Below are positions 12,840 through 24,430 of a DNA stretch of 64,000 bases, in pieces. Below the pieces are notes generated by a model. The model saw only the letters and a list, made by a program, of their open reading frames with translations, did not search any database and was not told the DNA's origin. Position 1 is the first letter of the stretch. The number at the start of each line of letters is the position of its first letter. The stretch lies in the NCBI RefSeq assembly GCF_004010195.1, contig NC_057754.1:9673700-9737699 (forward strand), in the 5' to 3' direction. The stretch comes from Chiloscyllium plagiosum. Lineage: Eukaryota. The position numbers and the translations under genes are program-made.

Positions 12840-14440
12840 ATTTCAATCCAAGTTGAGCTTCCCACCACAAATCTACATCATCTAAATTACTTTGCTCTTC
12901 AGTGGTGGAGTCAGGGAGAGTGCCAGTGAACTCAAACATTGCTAAAGAACTACCCCTGTTTAAGAAGGGAGGGAGATTGAAGACAAGAAACATAGGCTGG
13001 TTAACATGACCTGGGTCGTTGGTAACACTTTACAGTTCTTTATTAAGGATGAGATTATAGAGTACTTGGAAGTGCATGATAAAATAGGGCTGAGTCAGCG
13101 TGGCTTCGTCAAGAGTAGGTCATGCTTGACAAAGCTGTTACAACTTTTTGAGGAGGGAACAAGCAATGAAAAGCCAGTGGGCATGATTTATTTGGATTTC
13201 CAGAAAGCCTTTGACAAGGTGCTGCACAGGAGGCTGCTAAAAAAGATCAGAGCCCGTGGTATTAGGGGAAAGGTATTGGCATGGATAGAGGATTTACTGA
13301 CTGGTAGAAAGTAGAGTCGGAACAAAGTGGTGTTTTTCAGGATGGCAGCCAGTGACTAATGGAGTTCTGAATGGGTCCATTTTGGGACCACAAGTATTCA
13401 CGTTATATATTAACAATCTGGATGAAGGAACTGAAGGAATTGTTGCTATGGTTGCAGATGACAAAAAGATAGGTGGAGGGATGGCGTTGAGGGAGCAAGG
13501 AGGCTGCAGAATGACTGGATCAGGCTACGAGAGTGGGCAATGAAGTGGCAGATGGAATATAAAGTGGGTAAGTGTGAGGTTCTGCATTTGGTAGGTAGAA
13601 TAGAGGCATAGACTATTTTGTAAAAGGGGAAAGGCTTCAGAAATCTGAAGCACGATGAGACTTGGGAGTCTTAGTTCAGAACTCTCTTCAGGTTAAAACG
13701 CAAATTCATTAGGAAGGCAAATGCAACGTTCGCATTCATTTCAAGACAGCTGGAATACAAGAGTCGAGAGTGTGATGCTGGAAAAGATTTTCCTGCTACT
13801 CAGATGCTGCCTAACCTGAAGTGCTTTTCCAGCACCACACTCTCGACTCTGATCTCCAGTATTTGCAGTCCTCACTTTGTACTGGCTGGAATACAAGAGC
13901 AGAGATGTACTGCTGAGGCCATATAAGGCTCTGGTTATACCGCATTTGGAATATTGGGGGCAGTTTTGGGCCTCATATCTAAGGGAAGATGTAGTAGCCT
14001 TGAAGGATGTCCAGGGTGAAAGGTTTGTCATTTGAGGAGCATTTGAGGACTCTGGTTCTTTACTCAATGGAGTTTAGAAAGACGATAGAGGATTTTATTG
14101 AAACTTACAGAATACTGAGAGGCCTGGAGACAGTGGATGTAAGACAGGCTATAACTCAAGGGCACTGCCTCAGATGAAGTAGAGAACCCTTTAGAATTGA
14201 GATAAGAAGGAACTTCTTCATCTAGAAGGTGGTTAATCTTTGGAACTAATTGTGATAAATGGCAGTGGAGGCAAAACAATTTAGTGTATTTCAGATGTAC
14301 GTTCTCGATTAGTAAGGTGATCAAGGGTCACAGGGACAAGGCAAGAGAAGAGGGTTGAGAAACATAGAAGCTATGGTGAAATGGCAGAGCAGACCTGGTG
14401 GGCTGATTGGACTAATTCAGCCCCTGCATCTTATGGTCTT
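12840..14440 (+). mobile_element. CR1 LINE 3' half, decayed
   Basis: SQRGFVKSRSCLT, YLDFQKAFDKV, GSILGP..F.LYINNL RT motifs; (TCTTATGG)-type tail at ~14428. Confidence 0.9.
13764..13884 (+). mobile_element. Collapsed fold-back PLE derivative (family 1)
   Basis: 15-bp TSD GCTGGAATACAAGAG (13749-13763, 13885-13899); short inverted arm plus a tail matching 26305-26518. Confidence 0.85.
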
Positions 14441-15052
14441 AATAAAAACAGAAAATGCTGGAAAACCCAGCAGGTAAGGTAGCATCAATGGACAGAAAGA
14501 TTGTATAGGTTTCCATTCAGGTGACCCTCCCTCAGAAATGAGGAAAGAGAATTGAGTGTGTGAAAGTCAAAGGGGGTGCAGGGGAATAGGGGGAGGAAAC
14601 AAAACAGCAAATCTGTGATCAGGCAGATCCACCTCAGTAACGTCAGCCAACTTTCCTTCCGTCTCAGCTGTTTCTCAAACTCTCATCAATTCCTTCTTAC
14701 TCTCTAGACTTGATGATCCTAACACCTTCCTATCCAGTTTTCCATAATGAATCTCTATCAACTTGGGACCATACAATCTCTGCTGTGTTCTTCCTCACCC
14801 CATGTCCCCTCTATCCATTGTTCCTTAACTCTGCCTATTGATCTGCAAAGGCTCCTGGTTAAGCACTCCTCAATATTAAAATTTACCTCTAAAATATAAC
14901 AAAGAACTTCGGATACTGGAGATCTGAAACAAAAATAGAAGATGCTGGAGAAACTCAGCAGATCTGAGTCTTCAAAGAGTTGATCGTGAAGTATTAACTC
15001 TGCTTTCTTGCCACAGTTTCTCCAGCAATTTCTAAATTTGTTTAAAATTCAC

Positions 15053-15244
15053 CTCCCTGTCATAATTTCTCCACAGTCTTTTCCTTTTCATTTTGAGGTT
15101 CAAATTTTTCTCCACAGACGACCTGCAATCCTTCCACATTCAGAAGCTGTTTGTATTCATGTTCTGATTAATCGACGATTTCAGATCTTGATCTGGGGTT
15201 CTTCATTTGAGTACCCCATTGAGAAAACTTTCCCTTCTAACCTC
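15053..15244 (-). other. Putative non-coding exon derived from a decayed ZNF coding-exon start
   Basis: Acceptor ttctacAG (15245-46) and donor GAG|GTGAAT (15051-52); colinear similarity (ttagaa..gatctga..tgaata..tgaa.gtggaagg) to the 5' part of the ZNF-A exon 12200-12314. Confidence 0.5.
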
Positions 15245-15399
15245 CTGTAGAAGGAGTCCTCCAGAGGTGGGCACCATGGGAGATACAGTGCTTTATTTCC
15301 CCCTCTGGTTACATTTTGAGTTAGTCCCTTCCCTTCCTCCCTACCACCATTTCACTTTTGATGGCTTGCATTGCCCGTAATGGGATAAGCCCCATCGGG

Positions 15400-15900
15400 T
15401 TCCCTGATGTCCTGCAGGGGAGAGGATCTGGCCACCTTTACCTGCTGTGGCCCACATGGCAGACCACAATCTCCAGCTATTGTGCTGTCATTCTCTTCCT
15501 GCCCGTGCAGGGCCGCGCATGCGCTTCACCGCCCTGCCCCCAACAAAGATGGCGGCGGTGGGCCAAGGACCTTCCACCGGGGAAACGCGACTGCCGGTCC
15601 AGGGTTAACCCCGGCACCAGTCGTTCTTTATTCGGGGCCATAGAGTATCACCGCGTGTTTATGAAGCCTGCATGCTTACAACGCCATCTGTATTATCCTC
15701 GTACAATCGGTTTCAGCTCACGGATTGACCGTTCGAGATCCTCGGTGTCATTGTACCCAGGTTCCGCAAGGCGCATGCGCTGGTCTCTGCCCTATGCTCC
15801 GCCCACATTGCGCAATTATTGCGTGTCGTCAGGACAAGGCACAATGGGAGGCGACCATTCAGCCCATCGGCGCAATGTCTTCCGTCCTGAGCTACATCCA
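15400..15900 (-). promoter_or_regulatory. CpG-island promoter candidate of ZNF-A
   Basis: CpG-rich; two NRF1-type GCGCATGCGC palindromes (~15515, ~15771); YY1-type AAGATGGCGG (~15546); minus-strand donors at 15678-79 (GTAAGC) and 15440-41 (CAG|GTAAAG). Confidence 0.75.
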
Positions 15901-16070
15901 TGTCATTTGAAAAGCTATGTTGTTGAATAAAAGAATGCTTTGTTTGTTACAGACCAGGCCAGACACCCCTCAAAACATTTTTAAAAAGTGGGCCAGACCC
16001 TAACTTTTTATGTTTTTTTCAGTTAAAAATCACACAACACCAGGTTTAGTCTAACAAATATATTTGGAAG

Positions 16071-16105
16071 CACTAGCTTTCGGAGTGCTGCTCCTTCATC
16101 AGGTA
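16071..16105 (-). ncRNA. Minimal type I hammerhead ribozyme motif (family 2)
   Basis: Minus strand CUGAUGA-A-GGAG(CAGCA)CUCC-GAAA-GC-UA; short stem I (UAC/GUG). Confidence 0.7.
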
Positions 16106-16245
16106 GCTAATGGGGCAGAATCATAGAACACAGAATTTATAGTAAAAGATCAAAGTGTCAGACAACTGATGAGATGTATTGAACAAAGATTGCTGTTAAG
16201 TCTTTAATCACGTAGAATGGGGATGAGGGTTTCGATTGATTAATA

Positions 16246-16456
16246 CAGGGCAACCCCTGTATCCACGGAATTGTTTCCCCCGTTTCAGTTACCTGCGGAT
16301 TACTGCACCCCGAACATATTATAGGGAACCAGGGACCAGGAGGCTGCCGGGAAGGTAAGTTTCCCATTGAAATGAACGGGTTCGCTCCTATCCACGGTTT
16401 CAGGTTTCCACAGTGGGTCCTGCAATGTATCCCCTGTGGGTACGGGGAGACCACTG
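16246..16456. mobile_element. Tigger/pogo-like MITE
   Basis: CAG...CTG ends with imperfect TIRs, flanked by TA; paralogous empty site ttaattaaTAtgtaaatc at ~44953-44970. Confidence 0.85.
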
Positions 16457-17360
16457 TATGTAAATCCCAGAACTTCTTTCAAGTCACAGTCCTGAGATAA
16501 CTTAAGGTGATTTACCTACTAATCATTCGAAACCTGCAACCCATTCTAAGTGATTAAAGACTTAACAGAAATCTAGGTTTGTTTAATACATCGCATCAGT
16601 TGTATTTCACTTTGATCTTTTTCTATAAATGCTATGATCCCGCCCCACTAGCTAACTGGCAGCGCTCCAAAAGCTCATACTTCCAAATAAACTAGTTGGA
16701 CTACAAAAGTGGTGTTGTGTGATTTTTAACTTTGTCTTCCCCATCCAAAACCAGCTCCTCCACATCATTTCTTTTAGGCGATTGTAAAGGGAATATTGCA
16801 GGAGTAATGCAGCTGGTCAAACCACTTGGCTTTAAACAAAACAGAATGTATTTAAACACTACGGATAAAACACGAAGGAAAACAATTAGAATAACAACTC
16901 ATTTGAAAACCCAACCAACTCTATGGCGAGTTAACAAAGGAGCTGTTCAAAACCCTGCAACATCCCATAAACGCACTCCTCAGCAAAAGGTAAATTCAAA
17001 TACAGGTTCTTACAGGCAGGAGAGACTTCCAGAGAGAAAGTTAAAGCAAGACCTCTGTCGAAGCATGGAACATCTTTTCAATGTAGCTGCTTCTCTAGGT
17101 CCTCAGCAGTTTTTGACTGCCTGCTGAAACTAAACCAAATTTAAAAAAAACCTGAACTGGGAGAACTGGCCACTCCCCTTTCATTGTAAAACTGTTTTTA
17201 AAAACCTAAAGATCTCTTTCCATTGTTGACTTAGGGAGGGTCTGTCAGCCATTTCGGCATCACTGACTTTACAATCCCTCTTGAACAAAAACCAAGGCAA
17301 CATAACCTTGTTAAAGGGACAGCATCATCATGTGATCTATCATGATTGCAGCTGCAGGGA

Positions 17361-17687
17361 TTGAATCCCTATACTGTGGAAGCAGGCCATCAGTCCATTA
17401 AGTCCATGCTGACCCAACCCCCTACTCTAACTCAATAACCTTGCATTTCCCACGGCTAATCCGCCCAGCCTAGATATCCCTGGACACTATGGGTAATTTA
17501 GCACGGCCGATCCACCTAACCTGTACATCTTTGTCATGTAGGAGAAAATCAGAGCACCCAGAGGAAACCCACACAGGCGGGGAGAATGTGTGAATTCCAC
17601 ACTGATAGGTGCTTGAGGCTAGAATCGAACTCAGGTCTCTGACACTGTGAAGTGACAATGCTAACCACTGAGCCATCGTAATGCCCC
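17361..17687 (-). mobile_element. HE1-type V-SINE
   Basis: tRNA-derived head, V-domain and CR1-like tail. Confidence 0.85.
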
Positions 17688-18075
17688 GACTGATTGTTAA
17701 ATCATTTGGTACAGCATCCAAAGTGTACAGGCCATTTACTACACCTCTGTCCTAAGTAATTAACAGCAGAATAACACCCCCCCCCACCCCCAGTTAGAAC
17801 TCAGTGTCAGAAAACGGGTAAAAATGTTGAACCTCCAAGTTTCTAAACCTTAGTCAGATGTGTTTTCCATCCCCCTAGCCTGACAGATGGCATCTTGACT
17901 CAGATCCTGCAGAGTTGTGCTGTTTACAGACTCTTGAGCAACAATGGGAAACTCCACAAGCTCAATAATCAGCGAAGAGAATTACTGTCGCTGCTTCTCT
18001 TAAGGCTGATTTTAAAAAATCAGTCTTTACCTTGAAAACATGGTCAGGGAATGCAATATATAATGTCATAAAAAT

Positions 18076-18428
18076 GGGCAGCATGGTGGCTCAGTGGTTA
18101 GCGCTGCTGCCTCACAGCACCAGGGACCCAGGTCCGATTCTAGTCTCGGACAACTGTCTGTCTGGAGTTTGCACATTCTCCCCGTGTCTGTGTGGGTTTC
18201 CTCCGGGTGCTCCGGTTTCCTCCCACAATCCAAAGATGTGCAGGTTAGGTGAATTGGCCATGCTAAGTTGCCCACAGTGTTCAGGGATGTGTAGGTTAGG
18301 TGATTGGCAGGGGTAAATATAGAGTAATAGGATAGGGAAAGGGTCTGGATGGGGTACTCTTCAGAGGGTCAGTGTGGACTTCTTGAGCCAAATGCCTGTC
18401 TCCACACTGTAGGGATTCTACGATTCTC
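18076..18428 (+). mobile_element. HE1-type V-SINE
   Basis: ggtggctcagtggttagc A-box head, V-domain gtgggtttcctccgggtgctccggtttcctcccaca, GATTCTA tail. Confidence 0.9.
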
Positions 18429-18589
18429 TGAAAAAGGCCGAATGACTGTGAAAGTAGCAACTTTGATGTTGGGGAATGTAAACTGATAGCAAGTTACAGC
18501 AAAGACCTGGCAAAGTGTTTTGAAAGGGCAGTTCTGGTTCAGTGGTTAGGACTAAAATCTGTGCCAGTAGAAAAGCAGGAATAAATAAA

Positions 18590-18755
18590 ACAAAATACAG
18601 TGGCTGCTGGAGAGTTAAAACAAATACAGAGAATGGTGGATAAATTCAGCAGGTCTGGCACATGTGTGCAGAGTAAAACAATGTTTTGATTGGCACAATA
18701 CCGTGGATGCTGTCAGATCTGCTGAGTTTCTCCAGCATTCTCTGTGCTTGTTCTG
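18590..18755. mobile_element. Decayed fold-back PLE derivative
   Basis: Inverted aaattcagcaggtctggca / tgtcagatctgctgagttt arms; related to 14900-15043 and 59975-60090. Confidence 0.55.
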
Positions 18756-19200
18756 GTAAGACTCTTGTTATCCAATGGTTGCAACCCTTCTCTGTCACTC
18801 CTCCACATTTGTTCCCAACCCCATATGCTAGGTTTGATGTGAAACTCTGATTTTGTCTTTCTTTGCTGTTTCAATGGATGGGATTGTAAATCCATACCAT
18901 GGGAGTGACAGCACTGAACCCTAACTGCTAAAACACCGGTGAAGATGTTATGACACACGTAACTCGTCTTAAAGACACCGTTTTTGCATTTTTTTCATTT
19001 CAGATCACTTTCACCAGAGGTAAGTTTCTCCTACAAAATGACATAGCAGTCGAACACAAACTTCACAGCCACTGACAATGAATTTGCTGTTTGATGGAAC
19101 ATTTGCTTTTCCTAAAGTTCCTAAAAGCCCAAACTCTTTCACCAAACATTTCCTCATTTTCCCTCACGTGTGGCTTGGTGTCAGACTTTGTTATAGACAT

Positions 19201-19550
19201 GGGGCAGCATGGTGGCTCCCTCACAGCACCAGGGACCTGGGTTGAATTCCAGCCTCGAGTGACTGCCTGTGTGGAGTGTGCACATTCTCCCTGTGTCTGC
19301 GTGGGTTTCCTTCAGGTGCTCCGGTTTCTCCCACAATCTAAAGATGAGCAGGTTAGGTGGCCTAGCCAATGTACGTTGCCCCAAAGTGTCCAGGGATGTG
19401 CAGGCTAGGTCAATTAGCCAAGGGAAATGCGGGGATACTGTGTGTGTGTGTCTGTCTGTGTCTGGTGCTGGGGCTGGGTGGGATACTCTTTGGAGAATCA
19501 ATTCAGATTCAATCTGCCGAATGCTTCTTTCTGCAATTTAGGAATTCTAT
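19201..19550 (+). mobile_element. HE1-type V-SINE
   Basis: Same family as 18076-18428. Confidence 0.85.
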
Positions 19551-19599
19551 ATTTTCTCATCAACCTGGAGCTTTGTTCCTTATTGTAACGGATTTTGTC

Positions 19600-20230
19600 A
19601 GTAATCAGGATCTCCCTGCATCCATCATCAACATCAAAATGTATTAATAATCATGATTATAGACTACTAATAATCAAAATTCTACTGTATCAATGACATA
19701 GGTCCTGCTGCATCAATGCTCAGAGACTGATTACATTAATATCAGCTTCCCATTGCTCAGCCCTATCACATTAAGACTCAGGATACTAACACATTGATAA
19801 TCAGAACACAATTACATTAATAGTTTAGTGCCGACTGTAGCTACAATCAGGGTCTAAATTGAGAGATATTCAGTGTTATAATTACAATAATAACGTTAAT
19901 GATCTTGATCTAATTATTTATACAGTTCCTGTTATCAGCCATGATTGAATGGCGGAGTGGCGATGGGCCGAATGGCCTTACTTCCGCTCCTATGTCTTAT
20001 GGTCTTATGTTACATTGATAACCACTTGCCCAGTCCATCATTAATCAGGCAATTATTGCATCAATAATCAAGATGCACATAAATAAAAATAAAATTATTT
20101 CAATAATTTAGCTATATGCTATCAATAATCAGTTTACATTAGTTATTTGTCAACTGCATCAATAGATTGTATAAGATAAATAATACAGACTAATGTATTA
20201 GTCATCCAAATACATTAATATTCTGTTAAT
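19600..20230. repeat. Highly decayed AT-rich ~21-bp minisatellite with an inserted CR1 tail (~19932-20010)
   Basis: Recurrent ..ACATTAATAATCAG.. units. Confidence 0.5.
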
Positions 20231-21427
20231 AACCACCTACATGTCTCCCACTCCACCAGCCTTCAACAACCCTCATACCCCTCCGAAACTTTACTCTGGG
20301 GTCTCACCAAGTCCGAGGCTTTGAAGGGGTTACACCACAAAGGACTTTGGGGAGGAATCATATAATGCAAGCCCGTTCGGGACTTTAAATGCACTTATTG
20401 CTCAAATAATGAACATACAATGATATGTCTCCCTGTTTGATCTTGCTGAGAGAAGCAGTTGTTATTCTTGGTTATCAGGAAGCAGTGTGGGTTGCTGATT
20501 TTGGTGTTGGTATTTATTTACTCCCTTCCTCATCCTGAAACTGTCGGAGGTGGTGCAGTCAGATGGTCCAGGACTAGATTAGACCGAGGAGCTTTGTCAT
20601 GCAGACAATTTCACCAAAATCTCGTTGAATCTGGCTCTACTTGACAGCATTGGAAGGTTTAAAGAGATCGACAGAAGTAAGGTAAGGGAGTTTACCCTAT
20701 TCCCTGCTTCTCTTGCATTGGTGAGTGGAGAAGATCCTGTCTGCTCTGGATTGGCCTGCAGAGGACCCTGCACTTTGCTTCTGGAAGCACTCAGTCTGAG
20801 AGTAGATGAGCTCTTTTAAACATGATTCTCGTGGAGGCTTTCCCCATGACACTGATTGAGATATCCCTGTAGTCACTGCAAGCCCCTCTCTGTCCCCTTT
20901 CTTCATGCAAATTGTGATTTTGTTCCATCACCCATCCTGTAGGATAGATCTGTTGACCTTGCAGAGGAGGAAGGTATGGATGAGAAAGTGTGGGGGTAGA
21001 GGAGACGGCCTGTGTTTGAGCAGTTCAGCAGGAGTTCCTTATGCCGGAGCAGCCTCTTTGTGTGCAAAGCAAGCAAGAGCCTTTGCAGCCTTTCGGCTTT
21101 GTTGGTCAACTCAACCGCGACAGGAGGGCACCAGAGACTGGGAGATGTCAATTTCATCAGAGTATAATTCTCAGTCATGTTCAACCCCAGCAGGACATCT
21201 GTGAGGGCTTCACCATCTGGCCACAACAGGTGGAGAAATGGCTTCACCCAGAGAGTGGTGAGCCTGTGGAATTCCTGCCATAGAAAGTGATGGAGGCTAA
21301 ACATTGAATGATTACAAGTTTTTTTTAATTCATTCAAGTGACATGGGTGTCGCTAGATATAGTTCTGAAGGCGAAAGGGATCAAAGGGGAGGACTGAGAA
21401 AGGTACTGAGTTGGATGATCAACCAGG

Positions 21428-21652
21428 ACATTCTCCCTGTGTCTGCGTGGGTTTCCTCCGGGTGCTCCGGTTTCCTCCCACAATCCAAAGATGTCCAGGT
21501 CAGGTGAATTGGCCATGCTAAATTACCCACAGTGTTAGGAGCATTAGTCAGAGGGAAATGGTTCTGGGTGGGTTATTCTTCGGAGGGTCGGTGTGGACTG
21601 GTTGGGCCGAAGGGCCTGTTTCTACACTGTAGGGAATCTAGTCTAAATCTAA
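21428..21652 (+). mobile_element. HE1-type V-SINE, 5'-truncated, after a CR1 3' fragment (~21215-21425)
   Basis: V-domain and (AATCT)n tail. Confidence 0.85.
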
Positions 21653-21889
21653 ATTCAACCAGGCTCGAAGGGCTGAATAGCTTCAACTGTCATGGGCAGT
21701 TTTGAATAGTCTTTTGAGAAGTTTTCCTGCCTACTTTCATCCTATTGCTGTGCCCATTGAGCATCGCCATGGCTGTCCTTTTTGCTTCAATAGCAGATAC
21801 CATCTCTGCTGGGTTGGCCTCAAACTAGACTGAAAACAAAAATTTGCTGGAGATCACAGCGGGTCAGGCAGCATCCGTGGAGAGAGAGC

Positions 21890-21930
21890 AAGCTAACGTT
21901 TCGAGTCCAGATGACTCTTCATCAGAGCTT
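21890..21930 (-). ncRNA. Minimal type I hammerhead ribozyme (family 3) within PLE remnant ~21826-21960
   Basis: Minus strand AAGCU-CUGAUGA-A-GAGUC(AUCUG)GACUC-GAAA-CG-UU-AGCUU: intact core, 5-bp stems I and II, palindromic ACGU stem III. Confidence 0.8.
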
Positions 21931-22797
21931 CCACGAAGTGTGGAGAGGACAGCATTTATGCCCGTGAAGGCTGAAACTCACGTGAGGTCAGTCTGAGTCG
22001 TTGGCCATCACTGACAAATGTGGCTGTGAAAGCCAGTTTTGGCAAACGCCAGCAGTGAAATAGAAAGCAACGAAGATTTACACTGTGATAAAAAAAAAAC
22101 AGAATTCCTGTCGGAGGGAAGAGCACAATTTCTTCAGGATGGGGGCCTCAAACTGGTCTTTGTCATGGGTTCTGCCTTCAGTCAATATTGTGTTACAAGT
22201 AACTGAACTCAGCAAATGTAATCACTATCAATGATGATTCATGAAGTTTGTATTGGTGTTATTGTAAAATATTTCACTATTCTGTTTCAAGTCCCCTGAC
22301 AATTTAGTTTCATATTGGAGTACTGTGTACTCACTGTAACACACTGTGTATGTCAGTAAGAATTGTCAACCCAAATCAATCAAGACTTTCGAATAAGTGA
22401 TGTTCATCTGTGGAACCTTTCAGACATTGAATTGTAGATTTTACACCAAAGATCCATTTAGGATTGAAGTAACATTTCACAGTTATATTGTGAATGAATT
22501 CCTGTCGAGAGTTCTTGAATTAGGCGAAAGATCACAGATACAAGTATTAATAAAGAATACTGCATGTCTAAAACTTCAGCAACATCTCCAGAATATTAAA
22601 TTCCAGGCAATTATATAGCTGCTAATATCAGCAGAAATGAACTAAACCTTTTTGTGTCACTATTCCCGGGTGTGATTAACAACAGCACCCAATCACCCAA
22701 TTATCGCAAATCGCTTCCTGAGCCGGTAAATGGCATCTCTCCGGTTTGATGGTATTAGCCCACAGCAGATTTAGCAGATTTACTGCTGAAACTCTGC

Positions 22798-23838
22798 TCA
22801 GGATGAAGTGCAGCTGAATGGTTTCTCCTTCGTGTGAACTCGGTGGTGTGACTGGAGGCCAAATAAGCGAGCAAATCCCCTCCCACACACAGGGCAGGTG
22901 AACGGTTTCTCTCCGGTGTGAACACGCTGGTGCCTGACCAGATCGAAGGACTGAGCAAATTTCTTAGCGCACACAGTGCAGGTGAACGGTCTCTCCCCGG
23001 TGTGAATCCGTTGATGTACAGTGAGCTTGGATGAACTGCTGAAGCTTTTCCCACACTCGGGGCAGCTGAATGGCCTCTCGCCGGTGTGAATTCTCTGGTG
23101 TGCCATGAGGCTGGACGAATGCTTGAACCTCTTCCCGCAGGAATCGCAGCTGAATGGATTCTCCTGGGTGTGGATGCGCTGGTGTGACTGGAGGCTGAAT
23201 AACCGAGTGAATCCCCTTCCACACACGGGGCAGGTGAACGGTCTCTCCCCCGTGTGAATTTGCTGGTGCCTCACCAGATCAAAGGACTGAGCAAACCTCT
23301 TCCCGCACGTGGGGCAGGTGAATGGCCTTTCCCCGGTGTGAGTGCGCTGATGGGCAGCGAGGGTGGAGGAATGCCTGAAGCTTTTCCCGCAGGAAGTGCA
23401 GCTGAACAGGTTCTCCTCGGTGTGCACTCGGTGGTGTGACTGGAGGCCAAATAAGCGAGCAAACCCCTTCCCGCAGACAGGGCAGGTGAACGGTTTCTCT
23501 CCGGTATGAACCCGCCGATGCCTGACCAGATCGAAGGACTGAGTGAATCCTTTCCTGCACACGGAGCAGGTGAACGGCCTCTCGCCGGTGTGAATCCGCT
23601 GGTGTGCAGTGAGGGTGGAAGAGTTGTTGAATTTCTTACCACAGTAAATGCAGTTGAAAGGCCTCTCCTCAGTGTGAACCCTCTGGTGTGACATCAGAGA
23701 GGTTGTTTGAGTAAATCCCTTCCCACATACGGAACAAACAAATGGCTTCTCCCCAGTGTGACTGCGTCGATGGCTTTCCAGCCGGCAGGAATAAGTAAAT
23801 CCTTTCCCACAATCCTCACATTTCCATGGCTTCTCCAT
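22798..23838 (-). CDS. Tandem C2H2 zinc-finger protein B (12 fingers plus a truncated 13th)
   Basis: ATG at 23838 (MEKPWKC), in-frame TGA upstream, 12 canonical fingers; acceptor ttttctAG at 24027-28. Confidence 0.93.
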   Translation of the reverse strand: MEKPWKCEDCGKGFTYSCRLESHRRSHTGEKPFVCSVCGKGFTQTTSLMSHQRVHTEERPFNCIYCGKKFNNSSTLTAHQRIHTGERPFTCSVCRKGFTQSFDLVRHRRVHTGEKPFTCPVCGKGFARLFGLQSHHRVHTEENLFSCTSCGKSFRHSSTLAAHQRTHTGERPFTCPTCGKRFAQSFDLVRHQQIHTGERPFTCPVCGRGFTRLFSLQSHQRIHTQENPFSCDSCGKRFKHSSSLMAHQRIHTGERPFSCPECGKSFSSSSKLTVHQRIHTGERPFTCTVCAKKFAQSFDLVRHQRVHTGEKPFTCPVCGRGFARLFGLQSHHRVHTKEKPFSCTSS

Positions 23839-24430
23839 GGTTCCAGTGTTTCGGTGTCTCTCCTGGTTGGACAATCAGATGAAGCCCCAACCATGCACAC
23901 AATTCGTGGAATTTCTCTCCTCGCTATGAGTGTTGAGATTTATTTCAAACTGTATCCAGTCTGGGTGAATCAAATGACTCTGTTAATGTTTAAGGCGTTT
24001 CTCATCTGTGAATCTTTCCCAATGTCCTAGAAAAGGAATTTACAGACGTTATCACTGTCAGTAAAACAACAGAAATTCAGATGAAACAATTCCCTTGTCT
24101 CTGAAGCAATTTTTCTTCTCCTGTTCCCCCAAAGCTGGAAATTCCCAGATCAGCATAGCTGCCACCGCCCCCCTGTTGGAATTCAAACCCCTCACATCAT
24201 GGAGCACAGATAAGGTGAACAGCCAAGGCCATTTCCCTGGGGTGGGGGAGTCCTGAACTAGAGGGCATAGGTTTAAGATGAGAGGGGAAAGATTTAAATG
24301 GGACCCCAAAGGGGCAACCTTTTCACACAGAGGGTGGTGTGTATATGGAACGAGCTGACAGAGAAAATGGTAGAGCCTGGTACAATTACAACATTTAAAG
24401 GACATTTGGACAGGTGTATGGATAGGAAAT

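Larger units (their letters stand above)
16021..16767 (+). mobile_element. Fold-back PLE derivative (family 2) with hammerhead motif
   Basis: Long inverted arms (agttaaaaatcacacaacacc.../...ggtgttgtgtgatttttaact) plus a ~35-nt tail. Confidence 0.8.
15945..17330. mobile_element. Probable solo LTR (Gypsy-like) interrupted by a PLE derivative
   Basis: Starts TGTTAC, ends ...CATCA; imperfect 4-bp flank TGTT/TGTG; non-coding. Confidence 0.45.

Noticed and set aside
15358-15930. 190-aa plus-strand ORF over the CpG island
   Set aside because: Non-ATG start, no domain; long ORFs are expected in GC-rich promoters
18076-18150. tRNA-like sequences with A/B boxes (also 30618-30710, 37578-37664)
   Set aside because: Heads of SINEs continuing into SINE bodies; no complete cloverleaf
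22325-22505. Possible extra coding exon downstream of ZNF-B (acceptor ctctcgacAG, donor GTGAGT)
   Set aside because: The frames I translated contain stops and no recognisable domain; could only be non-coding and cannot be supported without RNA data
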